A DNA stretch of 64,000 nucleotides from Okamejei kenojei (lineage: Eukaryota), in contig JAVHYY010000112.1 in assembly GCA_035221665.1 (NCBI GenBank), positions 434,001 through 498,000 of the forward strand, in the 5' to 3' direction. A model generated the notes under the pieces. The model was not told the DNA's origin and did not search any database. It worked only from the letters and a program-made list of their open reading frames with translations. This document shows positions 1 to 13,779 of this stretch, in pieces. How positions within the stretch are numbered: the stretch's first letter is position 1; each line of letters opens with the position of its first letter. A program made the translations under genes and the position numbers.

Positions 1-354
1 GTAGGCCAGTAACAGAATTTTAAAATCTATCCTTTTACATACAGGGAGCCAGTGCAAAGATTTAAGGACAGGTGTAATGTGGTCCATTTTCTTGGTGTTG
101 GTCAAGACTCTGGCAGCGGCATTCTGGATAAGCTGCAGCTGTTTAATTGATTTTTTTACTGAGACCTGTAAAGATACCATTACAATAATCTAACCTACTG
201 AAGATATATGCATGAATACGTTTTTCAGTATCTTCTTTGGACAGAAATCCCTTGATTCTTGCAATGTGTGTTAGATGGTAATAGGCAGATTTGGTAATGG
301 TCTTTATATGGCTGTTAAAATTTCAAATCCAAGTCCATAACTACACCAAGGTTC
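1..354 (-). mobile_element. L2-clade LINE ORF2 C-terminal fragment (runs off the window edge)
   Basis: Manual minus-strand translation with two frameshifts: KSAYYHL..IARIKGFLS...FSRLDYCNGIFTGL..IKQLQLIQNAAARVLT...DHITPVLKSLHWLPV..RIDFKILLL. This is the characteristic L2 ORF2 C-terminus. Confidence 0.85.
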
Positions 355-460
355 AGATTGTGTTTCTCAGCTTTTTTTTGAAAATTTGGAAATATTTTAG
401 AGGAAACTCCTTCATTACCTAGTTGTTGCACTCACTCACGAAGGGATTGGTATTGTAATC

Positions 461-3016
461 TTATTTTACACCAGGTTTTCTCGATTTTATTAAACTTACA
501 GTTAGGGTGAAGGGGTACATGAGTACCTGGTACAGCTGCTCTCTGAACCTCGTCTGGGTCACGGTGTAAATAAGCGTGTTTGTGCAGGTGTTCAACAGTT
601 GTAGCATAATTCCAGTTTGCTCAAATATTGCAAATGGGTTTTTCAACCCCCTGAACAAAAATCCAATCGTAATACGATAGAAAACGAAATATGCTACTGT
701 TGTGCCCCAGAGCAGCATAAAGCTGCTGGAGATTGCAAGGAGTAAAATTACGGACCGTCTGCGGTTTGCGATCTCGGGGTCCTCACTACTGAGATTGCGG
801 AGTTTTCTGCGGACACGACTGGCCAATAAAATGCGCCTGACTGTGAGCATGTTCATCAGCATAACCAAACAAAATGGAATGACTGCGATTAGCAGCTGTT
901 GAGTCCAGGAAAATGCTATCCACGATGGTAGGCTATAAAATTGATATCGTATTCGGCAACCCCACCGTATACCCTGCTTATCGCTGAGAAAATAAGTGTA
1001 TGCAAACGGCCAGGGCGCGTTCTGTAAAATGAAGAACGCAGATAGGGTCACAATAACCACCAGCGCGGTTCGCTCGGTGCAGTATCTGGTTTTCAGATTC
1101 TGAGTGGAAATGGCCACAAAGCGATCAAATGTGAAAGCGACCGTGAGCCAAACAGAACAGGCTACGGCCGCGGGCGCGAGGAACATAATGGACCTGCACA
1201 CAGTATAGTGGAAGAGGAATGTGTCCACCCAGTAAAGGTCGGCAATCCGATGAAATATCACTTCGCAGGCGATCACTGAGAGGTCCGCCGTCGCCATGGC
1301 CACCAGGTAACGAGTGGTGCATTTGGAGACACCACAATTTCTGCGGAACAAGATCACAATCGCCAACACGTTCACTGGGGGAGTAGAAAAGAGGAAACTG
1401 TTGTTACATGGAAAGGAAACGCGATGCTAATTTGGGGGTGGGGGTACATTTTTGGTATGCTTTGTTTATTTGTTGGAAAGCGACTGATCTACATGCAATC
1501 CCTCAATGCGTGCTAAGGAGCTGTGCGGATTAGCTATCCGCGGTTTACGCAGGTAGCGGGAGCCGTCACCCAGCCGCCTTTGATGAACCACAGACAGCAT
1601 ATTGCAGCAGCAGTTCCGCATCAGACGCCATCGTCCTGGACCTAAACCCTTCTCTTTAACAGCCAGGCAACAAGGAGTCGAACGTTAGATTCCCATTTCT
1701 CCGCTGCAGAACTTACCTTCAACACTACTCGCATCCAAACCCGTTGATCCCCAGCATTGCGATCAGCATCCCCACCTTGCAAGTGGATACCCGACTTTCT
1801 AATGAACATATCTTAATCAGTGAGAATTAGTGATAACACCCTTTCCACAATAATTATCTACAAGGGTGCCACATAAAGATATCTGCTCCGTCCCCGACTA
1901 TACTCCAAACACTCACGACCCCGCGGCCAAATTCGGCTGTAACTGCTCCCACAAGTTGCAGATAATAACAATCTCAACGTCACTGTCAAGGAGACGAAGG
2001 AGCTAGTTATCAATTTCAGGAAAAGTGGCGGGTCACCGGTCACTATCAATGGTGCTGAAGTGGAAGTGATTGAGGGTACCAAGTTCCTCGCAGTCAATAT
2101 CTCATTAATATCCAGACCAACACCTTACTGAAAAGACTGAGGAACTCTGACCTGCCTCTAATGACTCAAACATTCTTCACCGGATTAGCATTGAAAGCAC
2201 ACTGTTGGATATATCACAGCTTGTTGTGGGTATATCTCTGCCCTATAAACAATACATTGCAGAGAGTTCTGGAAGAAGCCTGGCCCATATCACGTAGTAG
2301 ACTCCGCACTGTTGACTGCATTTGCACTTCACAATGCCTGGGAAACGGAGGCGACATGTTCAAAGACATGTCTCACCCCGCTCATTCCTTCTACTTCCTG
2401 CTCCCGTCGGTCAGAAGATACAGAAGGTTGAAATTTCGCACCACCAGACTCCAGAACTGCGTCCTCTCATCTGTTTTCAGGCTTCTGAGCCGCGTTTCAA
2501 TATGCCAGGGTGTTGCCGATTCACCTCTCCCTCCTTGCGGACTTTGAGCTTTATGTGCTACCAAACATGAACTATGCTCTGCACTCCGATTTCCCTTTTT
2601 ACACTACCAGTTGCTGAGAGTGAATTGGTTGTATTGGTATATAATATTATTTGATCTGATCGGACCAAAGCTTTTTTTTTCCAGCTCTCAAGGAGACATG
2701 ACAACAATGCACTTAAACCTGAATCTGAAGAGAATCAACCTGTACCAGATCCAATGAACTACCTACAATCACCTAGATTAACGTTTTCTGGTTAATACCG
2801 CCGTAAGCTGAAGGATGCAGTTGTGCATTCCCGTTTTTCGCACACTATTTTCACTTTACCTTTAACATTTACTTTATCAACACAGCATCCTACATCTCGG
2901 TCCCACATATAGCGTTCCTACATCTCAGTCCCACATAATGACTTACCGGGTACTCCGATTGCTGCTAGAATTGGATAATAATAATATTCAACTTCCAAGT
3001 GCCACCTCCAACTCAT
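461..3016 (-). CDS. GPR139/GPR142-like class A GPCR, copy 1 (intact, 2 coding exons, 327 aa)
   Basis: Exon 1 is 3016-2947 (MSWRWHLEVEYYYYPILAAIGVP+G) with donor GTAAGT. Exon 2 is 1374-461 after the acceptor ttttctactcccccAG. The phase-1 junction rebuilds TM1 GVPVN. Seven hydrophobic segments, YLVAMATADL (TM2), TFDRF (DRY equivalent), ECL2 Cys and NTLIY (NPxxY equivalent). Confidence 0.9.
1890..2730 (+). mobile_element. Degenerate Rex1/Babar-type LINE fragment in the GPCR intron (also at ~11120-11965)
   Basis: Peptide remnants LNV..TKELVI(N/D)FRK and KDMSHPAHSFYFLLPSVRRYRRL..RTTRLQN, then a Rex1-like tail. Present in both duplicated units, so it predates the duplication. Confidence 0.7.
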
Positions 3017-4081
3017 TTCTCCGTCAAACCGTCCCCACTTATGCAGTGCAAAACTTACAGAAGTCAAAACGAGGTCAAACCGCGCTATATTTATATTCCT
3101 AGAAAAACTGAAGGACAGCGTGCGTTCACCTCCCCGCGGACACCCATTGTCGACCGTTGCACAAATAGTTTGCTCCCAGGTGATGCAAAGCGATCAAACT
3201 CATTATGCGACTACTCCCTACTCAGGCACCAGCTGAGCACCAACAGAACAAAGGACCGAAAATGCGACTGCACATTCCGTTTTGAAATTTAAACGCGTGG
3301 CACGAAAATGCAGGAAAATACATGTCATATAGCATTTATCCACACATGATGCTATGTAATACAGTACTTAATTTGTAGCATTTGTAAAGCATTTTCCACA
3401 CACCGTTCCATTCACTTAACATGCATCCATTAATAATATGATCCTGGATTTCCCGTGGAGCTCCTTTTCATTTTTTGGCAGCGGTCTAAATTATGTAAAT
3501 CACAGGGAACCTTCTAGACGACATCGTATACAATTGAGCTACAACACCAGCATACATATCTTTCAACTGTTGGCACTTCATGAAGTAAAGGATAAGCAAA
3601 TATTATGTGCAACTTGGCAACTGACCAGAAATAAATATCGGCAACAAAAATACTTGATCAACAAGTTATCTGTTAAGAAATGTGTTAATTCATAAAACAG
3701 AGAGGTGAACAGCGTTTGATGTTATTCTTGATATAAGAGCGAATTCGTCTCAATGCATTGATCAGTTGGAAATATCAAGAATGTTGATGTGCACGATGAT
3801 AGAACCGATTGACTGGGTTAAGGAGAGTCTGACCGGCGGTACATGTTTGGGGATAGCTCACCCTGAAGAAAGTCTTGACCTAAGAAAGAAGTTTGCTGCA
3901 CTCAAAGTAAGCAATTCACATAAAATACCTTGATAGAGCAGTACAGCACCGGAGAGACATATTCTATTTCAGAATAATTAATTAAGTATCCATTTAAACT
4001 AGAGAGTCTGCAACTCTCCTCACAAGAATGGTACTAATATTGGACAGTGTGAATTGTGAGATGGACTGGATAATGCAGAGG

Positions 4082-4815
4082 GTTACACAAAAAGCTGGAG
4101 AAACTCAACGGGTGCAGCAGCATCTAAGGAGCGAAGGAGATGGACGACGTTTCAGGTCGAGACCCTTCTTCAGACTGGTTAGGGATCAGGGAAACGAGAG
4201 ATATAGACGGTGATGTGGAGAGATAAAGAACAATGATGAAAGATATGCAAAAAAGTATCGATGATAAAGGGAACAAGCCATTGTAAGCTGTTTGTGGTGT
4301 GGAAATGAGAAGCTAGTGCGACTAGGGTGGGGGAGGGAGATAGAGATAGAGGGAATGCCAGGGCCCGAGGGCTGAGGGAGAGGTGGGAAGGGGAGGAGAC
4401 AGCAGGGGTTAACAGAATTGAGAAAATTCAATGTTCAAGCCCAAAGGATGCAAACTCCCCAAGCGGAATATGAGGTGCTGTTCCTCCAACTTGCGGTGTT
4501 GCTCACTCTGGCCATGGAGGAGGCCCAGGACCGAGAGGTCGGATACGGAATGGGAGGGGAAGTTTGAAGTGCTGAGCGACCGGGAGGTCGGGTTTGTTTT
4601 TGCGGACCGAGCGGAGGTGTTCGGCGAAACGATCGCCAAGCCTCCGCTTGGTCTCACCGATATAGATCATCTGGCATCTGGAGCAGCGGATGCAGTAGAT
4701 GAGGTTGGAGGAGGTGCAGGTGAACCTCTGTCGGACCTGGAAGGACTGCTTGGGTCCCTGAAAGGAGTGGAGGGGGGAGGTGAAGGGACAAGTGTTGCAT
4801 TTCTTGCGGTACCAG
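4082..4815 (-). mobile_element. Penelope-like retroelement 3' part (GIY-YIG endonuclease C-terminus plus pLTR)
   Basis: ORF 4409-4657 contains HSVSDLSVLGLLHGQSEQHRKLEEQHLIFRLGSLHPLGLNIEF, the PLE endonuclease C-terminus. A hammerhead-like core CTGAAGAAGGGTCTCGACCTGAAACGTC lies on the minus strand near 4146-4173. Confidence 0.8.
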
Positions 4816-4820
4816 ATGCC

Positions 4821-5601
4821 AGATGATCTATATCATGGTACATGGTAAATGGTAGGGAATTGAGGAATGCTGTGGAACAGAGGGATCTAGGAATAACTGT
4901 GCATAGTTCCCTGAAGGTGGAATCGCATGTAGATAGGGTGGTAAAGAAAGCCTTTGGTGTGCTGGCCTTTATAAATCAGAGCATTGAATATAGGAGTAGG
5001 GAAGTAATGTTAACATTGTACAAGGCATTGGTAAGACCAATTCTGGAGTATGGTGTACAATTTTGGTCGCCTAGTTATAGGAAGGATGTCAACAAAATAG
5101 AGAGAGTACAGAGGAGATTTACTAGAATGTTGCCAGGGTACCAGCAACTATGTTTACAGAGAAAGGTTGAACAAGTTAGGTCTTTATTCTTTGGAGCGCA
5201 GAAGGTTAAGGGGGGACTTGATTGAGGTCTTTAAAATGATGAAAGGGATAGACAGAGTTGACGTGGATACGTTTTTCCCATTGAGGGTAGGGAAGATTCA
5301 AACAAGAAGGCATGACATGAGAATTAAGGGACAGAGGTTTCGGGGTAACGTGAGGGGGAACCTCTTTACTCAGAGGGTGGTGGCTGTGTGGAATGAGCTT
5401 CCAGCAGAAGTGGTGGAGGCAGGATCGATTTTAACATTTAAGAGTAAAGTGGATAGGTATATGGACGTGAAGGGGATGGCGGGGTATGGTCTGCGTGCAG
5501 GTAGATGGGACTAGGGGAAAACAAATGGTCGGCACGGACTGGAAGGGTCGAGAGGGCCTGTTTCCGTGCTGTAATTGTTATATGGTTATATGGTTATATG
5601 G
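4821..5601 (+). mobile_element. CR1 LINE 3' fragment, young subfamily with (TATATGGT)n tail
   Basis: QRDLG...LYKALVRPILEYGVQFWSP...IERVQRRFTRM; LYSLERRRLRGDLIEVFK...FTQRVVAVWNELP; 8-bp tandem tail. Near-identical copies at 15820-16374 and 63313-63686. Confidence 0.9.
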
Positions 5602-6861
5602 GTCTTTGTGTAAAAGAACAGGTTGTAAGTATGTTGCTCGATTACAATTCAACGAAGCACTGATTTAATCGGATGCAACTGTGAAGTACCAGTTCTGAAA
5701 GAAACGCGCCCAACCGCGATTACGTATTGAACTGCAACTAGTTCCCCCCTTCCCCTCTGAAGCAACACAGCACCCTATTATATTGACTACCTATTTGTGC
5801 CCCAAACAAAATTTCTTCTGCCCGATACCGTCGACATTCGTTTAAAACAGTGAACAGGATATATAGGTAAACTTTGATGGAAATTTAGCTCGCAATATTT
5901 TACAGGTCTTCTTGACTGCCCCAATGATATAACCATATAACCATATAACACCCTCCCTTATGTTCACTCACATTAACTGTAATAGTGAAAAGAAAATGTA
6001 AATTACCCGCTTACTTTAGAGACGTTTACAATATCTAAACATTCGTCTAAATAGACCCAGGGGTTATTTAGCCATATTCTTCAACTACACTCGGAATTTG
6101 GTCTGCGTCCCTTCATAAATGCACGAGTTGGTGCAGGAGTTCAGAAGCACCAGCATGCATCCACTTTCTTTTAGGAAAAAACATTGGATTAGTGCCATTA
6201 GACCGGCTAGCACAGCTAATGCTTGTAACTTTTATAAATATAACATTTACAAGGTAAGGCGAACGCAACAGGATACAGCTGCACTATATTGCCATCAGGA
6301 AGATGTTGAACATTCCTCCGTTCTTCATTACTAGCTCACTGTTTGTTCCATTTCTCTCAGCCCGGAGTCTCCCGCGGGCTCTACTGCCCTCCACGGTTTG
6401 TCTGACCGTCTGCAGTTTGAGCAACTGAATGAGGAGGCAAGTGTTTTAAAAACGCCGTTGCCATTCGTAAACTCTCTACGCGGTTGAAAGTTAAAATACT
6501 TTGTAGAATCAGGTACGTTATCAAGCAAATTCGAGCAAAATGTAAGAGGGGACAATCTAGACTCATCTAACAATGCAGAAGGCTCAGCACAGAGAGGTCA
6601 GTGTAGAATGGAAGTGGGAGTTAAAGTGTTTAGCACGCGGGAGATCAAGCAGTTTTAGGCGAATTGAGCGGAGGTGTTCAACAAACCGAGCCTGCACGTT
6701 GCCGAGCATTGTGCCTGTTAATTTACTTGCTACAGTCGAGGCCCCTAGCTTAAAAAGTAACACGATTGTTTGAGCAGTAAATTCGTTTATGGGTCTGGAA
6801 GCAGAGAGAGAATGTCCTACAGGTAGGACGTAGTTGGAGATAAGCTGATTAGCTCTTTTTC

Positions 6862-8190
6862 AATAGACAATAGGCGCAGAAGCAGGCCATTCGGCCCTTC
6901 TAGTCAACGCCGCCATTCAATGTGATAAATCAAGATTCAAGATTCAAGGGAGTTTATTGTCATGTGCCACTGATAGGAAAATGAAACTTGCTTTGCTTAA
7001 GCATATCAGAACATAGGTGGCATGACTACATAACAGATAAGTGTATCCATATAGCATTATATAAATATATACACACAAGAATAAATAAACTGATAAAGTG
7101 CTAATAAACAGATAAATTGCTATTAATGTTCGGACTTTTGTCCGAGCCAAGTTTAATAGACTGATGGCTGTGGGAAAGTAGCTATTCCTGAACCTGGTCG
7201 TTGCAGTCATCAGTCTCTTGTACCTTCTACCTGAAGGTAGCGGGGAGATGTGTGTTTTGCCAGGATGGTGTGGGTCCTTGATGATACTGCCAGCCTTTTT
7301 GAGGCAACGACCGCGATAGATCCCGTCGATGGAAGGGAGGTCAGAGCCGATGATGGACTGGGCAGTGTTTACTACTTTTTGTAGTTTTTTCCGCTCTAGG
7401 ACGCGAAAGTTGCCGAACCAAGCCACGATGCAACCAGTCAGCATGCTTTCTACTCTGCACCTGTAGAAGTTAGAGACTCCGCCTTGACAAACCGACTCTC
7501 CGTAATCTTCACGGGAAGTAGCGGCGCTGATGTGCTTTCTTAATAATTGCATCAGTGTTTTCGGACAAGGAAATATCTTCAGAGATGTGCACGACCAGGA
7601 ATTTGAAGCTTTTGACCCTTTCAACCATCGACCCGTGGATATAAACGGCACTGTGGGTCCCCATCCTACTCCTTCAAAAGTCCACAATCAGTTCCTTGGC
7701 TTTGCTGGTGTTGAGGGCCAGGTTATTGTGCTGGCACCATATGGACAGTCGCTCGATCTCTCTTCTATACTCTGACTCATCCCCATCAGTGATACGTCCC
7801 ACAATAGTGATCATCATCTTCAATCAGTACCCCGTTCCTGCCTTTTCCCCATCTCCCCTGACTCTGGTGTCTTTAAGAGCCCTATCTACCTCTCTCTTGA
7901 CAGTACCCAGAGAAGCGGCCTGCACCCACTCTGAGGCAGAGAATGCCACACACTCACTACTCTCTGTGCGAAAAAATGTTTCCTCGTCTCCATCTAAATG
8001 GCTTACCACTTATTCTTAAACAGTGGCCCCTGGTTCTGGACTCCGCTAACATCGGGAACATGTTTCCTGCCTCTAGCGTGCCCAAACACTTAATAACATT
8101 ATATGTTTCAATAAGATACCCTCTCATCCTTCTAAATCCAGTGTATACAAGCCAAGTCACTCCATTCTTGAAACATATGCCAGTCCAGCC
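6862..8190 (-). mobile_element. CR1 3' end interrupted by a nested Rex1/Babar LINE fragment (~6930-7807)
   Basis: ORF 6944-7687 contains NFYRCRVESMLTGCIVAWFGN...IIKDPHHPG...LPSGRRY...TTRFRNSYFPTAI (Rex1 C-terminus), with a (CAAGATT)n tail near 6930. The flanks are CR1 3' UTR and the RMRGYLIETY peptide. Confidence 0.8.
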
Positions 8191-9693
8191 ATCGTGGTTA
8201 GAACCGACCATTGGGAAAATCAAAGTTCCGACAGTCTACTTTATCGACGCCTATCGTAAACTAATGTAAACAAACTGAATTAGCACGCTGTACAAATTGG
8301 TGACCAGTAACAAAGCCATTACTGAATGGCTTTTCCAATTCAGCAAGGTGGACATATTTAATAAGAACAGCGTGTTTTAGAACCGCAGTTGCTCATTTAC
8401 CGGAATGGTAGCTGGATTAGCGATGCAGGGGGAGATTGGTCATATTTGGATTATTTTTCTCTGGAATATCGGAGATTGCAGGAAGATCTGGATGAGGTAT
8501 GTAAAGTTATGAGAGGCCTCCATAATGTCTGCTACCCCAACCTCCAACTCAAGCCGATCCCGAACGTAAGTGAAGCTGATCACTGCTAGCCGAGCAATTG
8601 TGACTTCATCAGTTACAGCTGGTCGATTTAAATTCAAAGTATTTTGATGTTTTTAAACGTCCTACTTACTTTTAATCAGTAATAAGTCAAGAAATAAAGC
8701 ATAACATGTTCAGTGAAGGTGTTCTCGCCCTCGAGGGCAAAAATGTCAATCAGAATATCTAAAAATGTAATCGTTTCCGCGTTGGGAGCGGTGGACTTGG
8801 GGCGAGAACACTCAACTCAAATTTGTAACGGTACAAATCTCAGCAGCCATCGGTGGTGAAAATTAATTAATGGATTTCTCACATTTCCTTGCCCTGCAGG
8901 TGGTGATAAATCCGACTCTCTGAGCACTCCCTCGAATCTCAAATAGGCTGAGCTCCAGCGTCGGCGCTGCATCAATGGAGATGGGACATCAATGCAAATC
9001 GATTCTGAATCTCTTTACCACACAAGCGAACTTACTCACTTTACCGCCCTCTACTGGACACTCGCTTGTTACACTATGTTTGCATTAAAAATATAATTCG
9101 TCATGCCAACTTGTATGAACCTTTGGCTGCATCTAGTGCAGAGTTACTAATTGTACTGAAAACCGAAAGCCTCTGTAAGAAGCAATGAGGCATTACATTC
9201 AATGCGAGAAGCAAAAATAAAATCGAACTCTTATTCACGTTAATGTTGCAGCAATAGTTTAATTAAACACAATCGTGCACTGGGCATTTACGTACGTAAC
9301 CATGGAACGTCTCAAAGAATCGTCGAGTAATGGAGCATGCAATGTTTAGGACCATAACTCTATGTCCGTTTTACTTGCGTGCAGGAGAAGTTGCCAATGG
9401 ACTCAAAGGAAGGTGGAAACAGTTAACTGCGAGGCTCAAGTCCGGAATCATTGGAGGTCTGTTCCAGTACAACATAGCACACGGTTCCACATGGCTGCCC
9501 TCCCCACTGGGCACTGACCAACGCGCCCGTGTCGCATGTTAAATAGATGGCCAAACGTGCATTCCAGAGCAGGGGACGCGTTCAGATTGTATTGCTAAGC
9601 TATTTTTTGGAACATTGTTGCGGAAAATGTTCAGAAGAAACTCCTTCATTACCTTCTTTTGCACTTACTCACGAAGGGATTAGTATTGTAATG

Positions 9694-12234
9694 TTATTTT
9701 ACATTAGATTCTATCGATGTTATTAAACTTACAGTTAGGGTGATGGGGTACATGAGTACCTGGAGCAGCTGCTCTCTGAACCTCCTCTGGGTCACGGTGT
9801 AAATAAGTGTGTTTGTGCAGGTGTTCAACAGTTGTAGCATAATTCCAGTTTGTTCAAATGTTGCAAGTCGGTTCTTCAACCCTCTGAACCAAAATGCGTT
9901 CGTACATCGATAGTAAACGAAATATGCCACATTTGTGCCCCAGAGCAGCATAAAGCTGCTGGAGATTGCAAGGAGTAAAATTACGGACCGTCTGCGGTTT
10001 GCGATCTCGGGGTCCTCACTACTGAGATCGCGGAGTTTTCTGCGGACACGACTGGCCACTAAAATGCGCCTGACAGTGAGCATGTTCATCAGCATAATTA
10101 AACAAAATGGAATGACTGGGATTAGCAGCTGTTGGGTCCAGGAAAATGCTATCCACGAGGATAGGCTATAATAGTGAAATCGTATTCGGCAACCCCACGG
10201 TATACCCTGCTTGTCCTTGAGAAAATAAGTGTACGCAAACGGCCAGGGCGCGTTCTGCAAACAGCAGAACGCAGACAGGGTCACAATAACCACCAGCGCG
10301 GTTCTCTCAGTGCAGTATCTGGTTTTCAGATTCTGAGTGGAAATGGCCACAGAGCGATCAAATGTGAAAGCGACCGTGAGCCAAACTGAACAGGATACGG
10401 CCGCGGGAGCGAGAAACATAATGAACCTGCACACAGTATTGTGCAAGAAGAATGTGTCCACCCAGTAAAGGTCGGCATTCCGATGTAATATCACTTCGCA
10501 GACGATCACTGAGAGGTCCGCCGTTGCCATGGCCACCAGGTAACGAGTGGTGCATTTGGAGAGACCACAATTTCTGCGGGACAGGATCATAATCGCCAAC
10601 ACGTTCACTGGGGGAGTAGAAAAGAGGAAACTGTCGTTACATGGAAGGCAATCGCGATGCTAATTTGGGGGCGAGGGCACATTTTTGGTATGCTTTGTGA
10701 ATTTGTTCGAAAACGTCTGCTCTACATGCAATCCCTCAATGTGTGCTAAGGAGCTGTGCGGTTTATCTATCCGCGGTATACGAAGGGAGCGGGAGCCGTC
10801 ACGCAGCCGCCTTTGATGAACCGCAGACAGCATATTGCAGTAGTAGTTCCGCATCAGACGCCATCGTCCTGGACACAAATCTTCTATTTAACAACCAGGC
10901 AGCAAGGGGTCGTACGTTAGATTCCAATTTTTCCGCTGCAGAACTTGCCATCAACACTACTCCCATCCATACCCGTTGATCCCGAGCCTTGCGATCAACA
11001 CCCCCCTTGCGAGTGAATACTCGACTTTCTAATGAACATATCTTAATCAGTGTGAATTAGTGATAACACCCCTTCCACAATAATTATCTGCAACGGTGCC
11101 ATATAAAGATGTCTGCTCCGTCCCCGACTACACTCTCAACACTCACGACCCCGCGGCCAAATTCGGCTGTAACTGCTCCCACAAGTTTCCAGATAATAAC
11201 AATCTCAACGTCAGTGCCAACAAGACTAAAGAGCTAGTTATCGATTTCAGGAAAAGCGGTGGGTCACCGGTCACTATCAATGGTGCTGAAGTGGAAGTGC
11301 TTGAGGACTCAAAGTTCCTCGCAGTTAATATTTCATTAATATCCTGAGCAACACCTTAACTGAGAAGACTGACGAACTCTGACCTTTCTCTAATGACTCG
11401 AACATTGTGCTACGGATTAGCATTGAAAGCATACCGTTGGATATATCACAGCTTGTTGTTGGTATATCTCTGCCCTATAAACAATAAATTGCAGAGAGTT
11501 CTGGATGAAGCTGTGTCCATATCACGACGTTGACTCTGCATTGTTGACTACATTTGCACTTCACAATGCCTGGGAAACGGAGGCGACGTTGTTCAAAGAC
11601 ATGTCTCACCCCGCCCATTCCTTCTACTTCCTGCTCCCGTCGGTCAGAAGATACAGAAGGCTGCAGTTACGCACCACCAGACTCCATAACTGCTTCCTCC
11701 CTTCTGTTGTCAGGCTTCTGAGCCGCTTTTCCATATGCCAGGGTGTTGCCGATTCACCTCACTCCCTTGCGGACTTTGGGATTTATGCACTACCAAACCT
11801 ATGCTCTGCACTCCGATTTCCCCTTTTTACACTACCTGTTGCTGAGATTGAATTGGTTGTATTGGTATATAATATTATTTGATCTGATTGGATTGCTTGC
11901 AAACCAAAGTTTTTTTCCAGCTCTCAGGGAGACATGACAACAATGCACTTAAACCTGAATCTGAAGAGAATCAACCTGTACCAGGTCCAATGAACGACCA
12001 ATGATCACGTAGATTAACATTTTCTGGTTAATACAGCCGTAAGCTGAAGGATGCAGACGAGCTTTCCCGTTTTTAGCACATTATTTTCACTTTACCTTTA
12101 ACATTTTCTTTATCAACACATCATCCTACATCTCAGTCCCACATATAGCGTTCCCTTGACCTACCAGGTACTCCGATTGCTGCTAGAATTGGATAATAAT
12201 AATATTCAAATTCCAAGTGCCACTTCCAACTCAT
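9694..12234 (-). CDS. GPR139/GPR142-like class A GPCR, copy 2 (intact, 2 coding exons, 327 aa)
   Basis: Exon 1 is 12234-12165 (MSWKWHLEFEYYYYPILAAIGVP+G) with donor GTAGGT. Exon 2 is 10607-9694 after the ctactcccccAG acceptor. Open frame with about 40 substitutions relative to copy 1; DRF becomes DRS. Confidence 0.9.
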
Positions 12235-13779
12235 TTCTCCGTCAAACCGTCCCCAGTTATGCCGTGCAAAATGTACAGAAGTCAAAGCGAGAAGTCAAAC
12301 CGCGCTATATATATATTCCTAGAAAAACTGAAGGACAGCGTGCGTTCACCTCCCCGCGGACACCAATTGTGGACCGTTGCACAAATAGCTTGCTCCCAGG
12401 TGATGCAAAGCGATCAAACTCATTATGCGACTACTCCCTACTCAGGCACCAGCTGAGCACCAACAGAACAAAGGACCGAGAATGCGACTGCACATTCCGT
12501 TTTGAAATTTAAACGCGTGGCACGAAGATGCAGCAAAATACATGTCATATAGCATTTATCCACACATGCTGCGATGTAATACAGTACTTAATTTGTAGCA
12601 TTTGTAATGCATGTTCCCCACACCGTTACATTCACTGAACATGCATCCATTAATAATATGATCCTGGATTTCCCGTGGAGCCGCTTTTCTAAAGAAAAGA
12701 GAATCATTCTTTGGCAGCGGTCTAAATTATGTACATAACAGGGAACCTTCTAGACGACACCGTATACAATTCAGCTACAACGGCAGCATTCATATCTTTC
12801 AACTGTTGGCATTTCATGAAGTAAAGATAAGCAAATATGAAGTGTAACTTGGCAACTGACCAGAAATAAATATCGGCAAAAAATGTTCTTGATCAACAGA
12901 TTATCTTTAAAGATATGTGTTAATTCATAAAACAGAGAGGTGAACTGCGTTTGATGTTATTCCAGCTATAAGGGCGAATTCATCTCAATGCAATGATCAG
13001 TTGGAAATTTCAAGAATGTTGATGTGCACGAAGATAGAACCGATTGACTCGGTTAGGGAGAGTCTGACCGGCGGTACATGTTTGGGGATAGATCACCCTG
13101 AAGAAAATCTTGACCTAAGAAAGAGGTTTGCTGCACTCAAAGTAAGTAATTCACATTAAAAACCTTGATAGAGCAGTACAGCACAGGAAGAGAGATATTA
13201 TTTTTCAAAATAATTAATTAAATATCCATTTAAGCGAGATAGTCTGCAACTCTCCTCACAAGAATGGTACTAATATTGGACAGTGTGAATTGTGAGATGG
13301 ACTGGATAATGCAAAAGCTTATTCCCTCTGCAGCGAACAAAACCACGAGGAGTTGTGGTGGGTTAAAATGTGACAAGGTGAGCAGTTGAGGTATATATTT
13401 GGTTCCTCGGACATAGGTCTCTAAAAGAGGGCAAGTCTAAAATAAGACGGTAAATATTTAAAGGGACGCAGCACCAACTCATCTTCACAGATGGGGCAGA
13501 TATATTGAACGAACTCTCACTGTAAGAGGTATTTGCATGTTACACAGCACGGAAAGAGGGCCATTTCTCCATCTTGTTCATGAGCAATCTGCTTTTAACC
13601 AATGCGAGTTTGTTTGAATGTGGATGGTAGGTTATTGTTCCGTCAATCGGGTTGAGGCGTGGGCTTATTTCACTGCAGCAGTCGCACTCGGTTGGGTATA
13701 AGTGGAGTTCAAATAATGTGGACGTTGGCGAGACTGCACGTGCAATGTTGTCCAGATCGCAATATGTTACCATTAATCT

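Larger units (their letters stand above)
351..4078. repeat. Segmental duplication unit A, copy 1 (paralog at ~9580-13312)
   Basis: Near-continuous nucleotide similarity through 3' flank, exon 2, intron, exon 1 and upstream region. Example: gttcagattg at 351 and 9580; ggactggataatgca ending near 4077 and 13313. Confidence 0.9.

Noticed and set aside
2999-3292. Plus-strand ORF repeated at 12156-12512
   Set aside because: The similarity is explained by recent segmental duplication of the GPCR upstream region; there is no domain or splice evidence.
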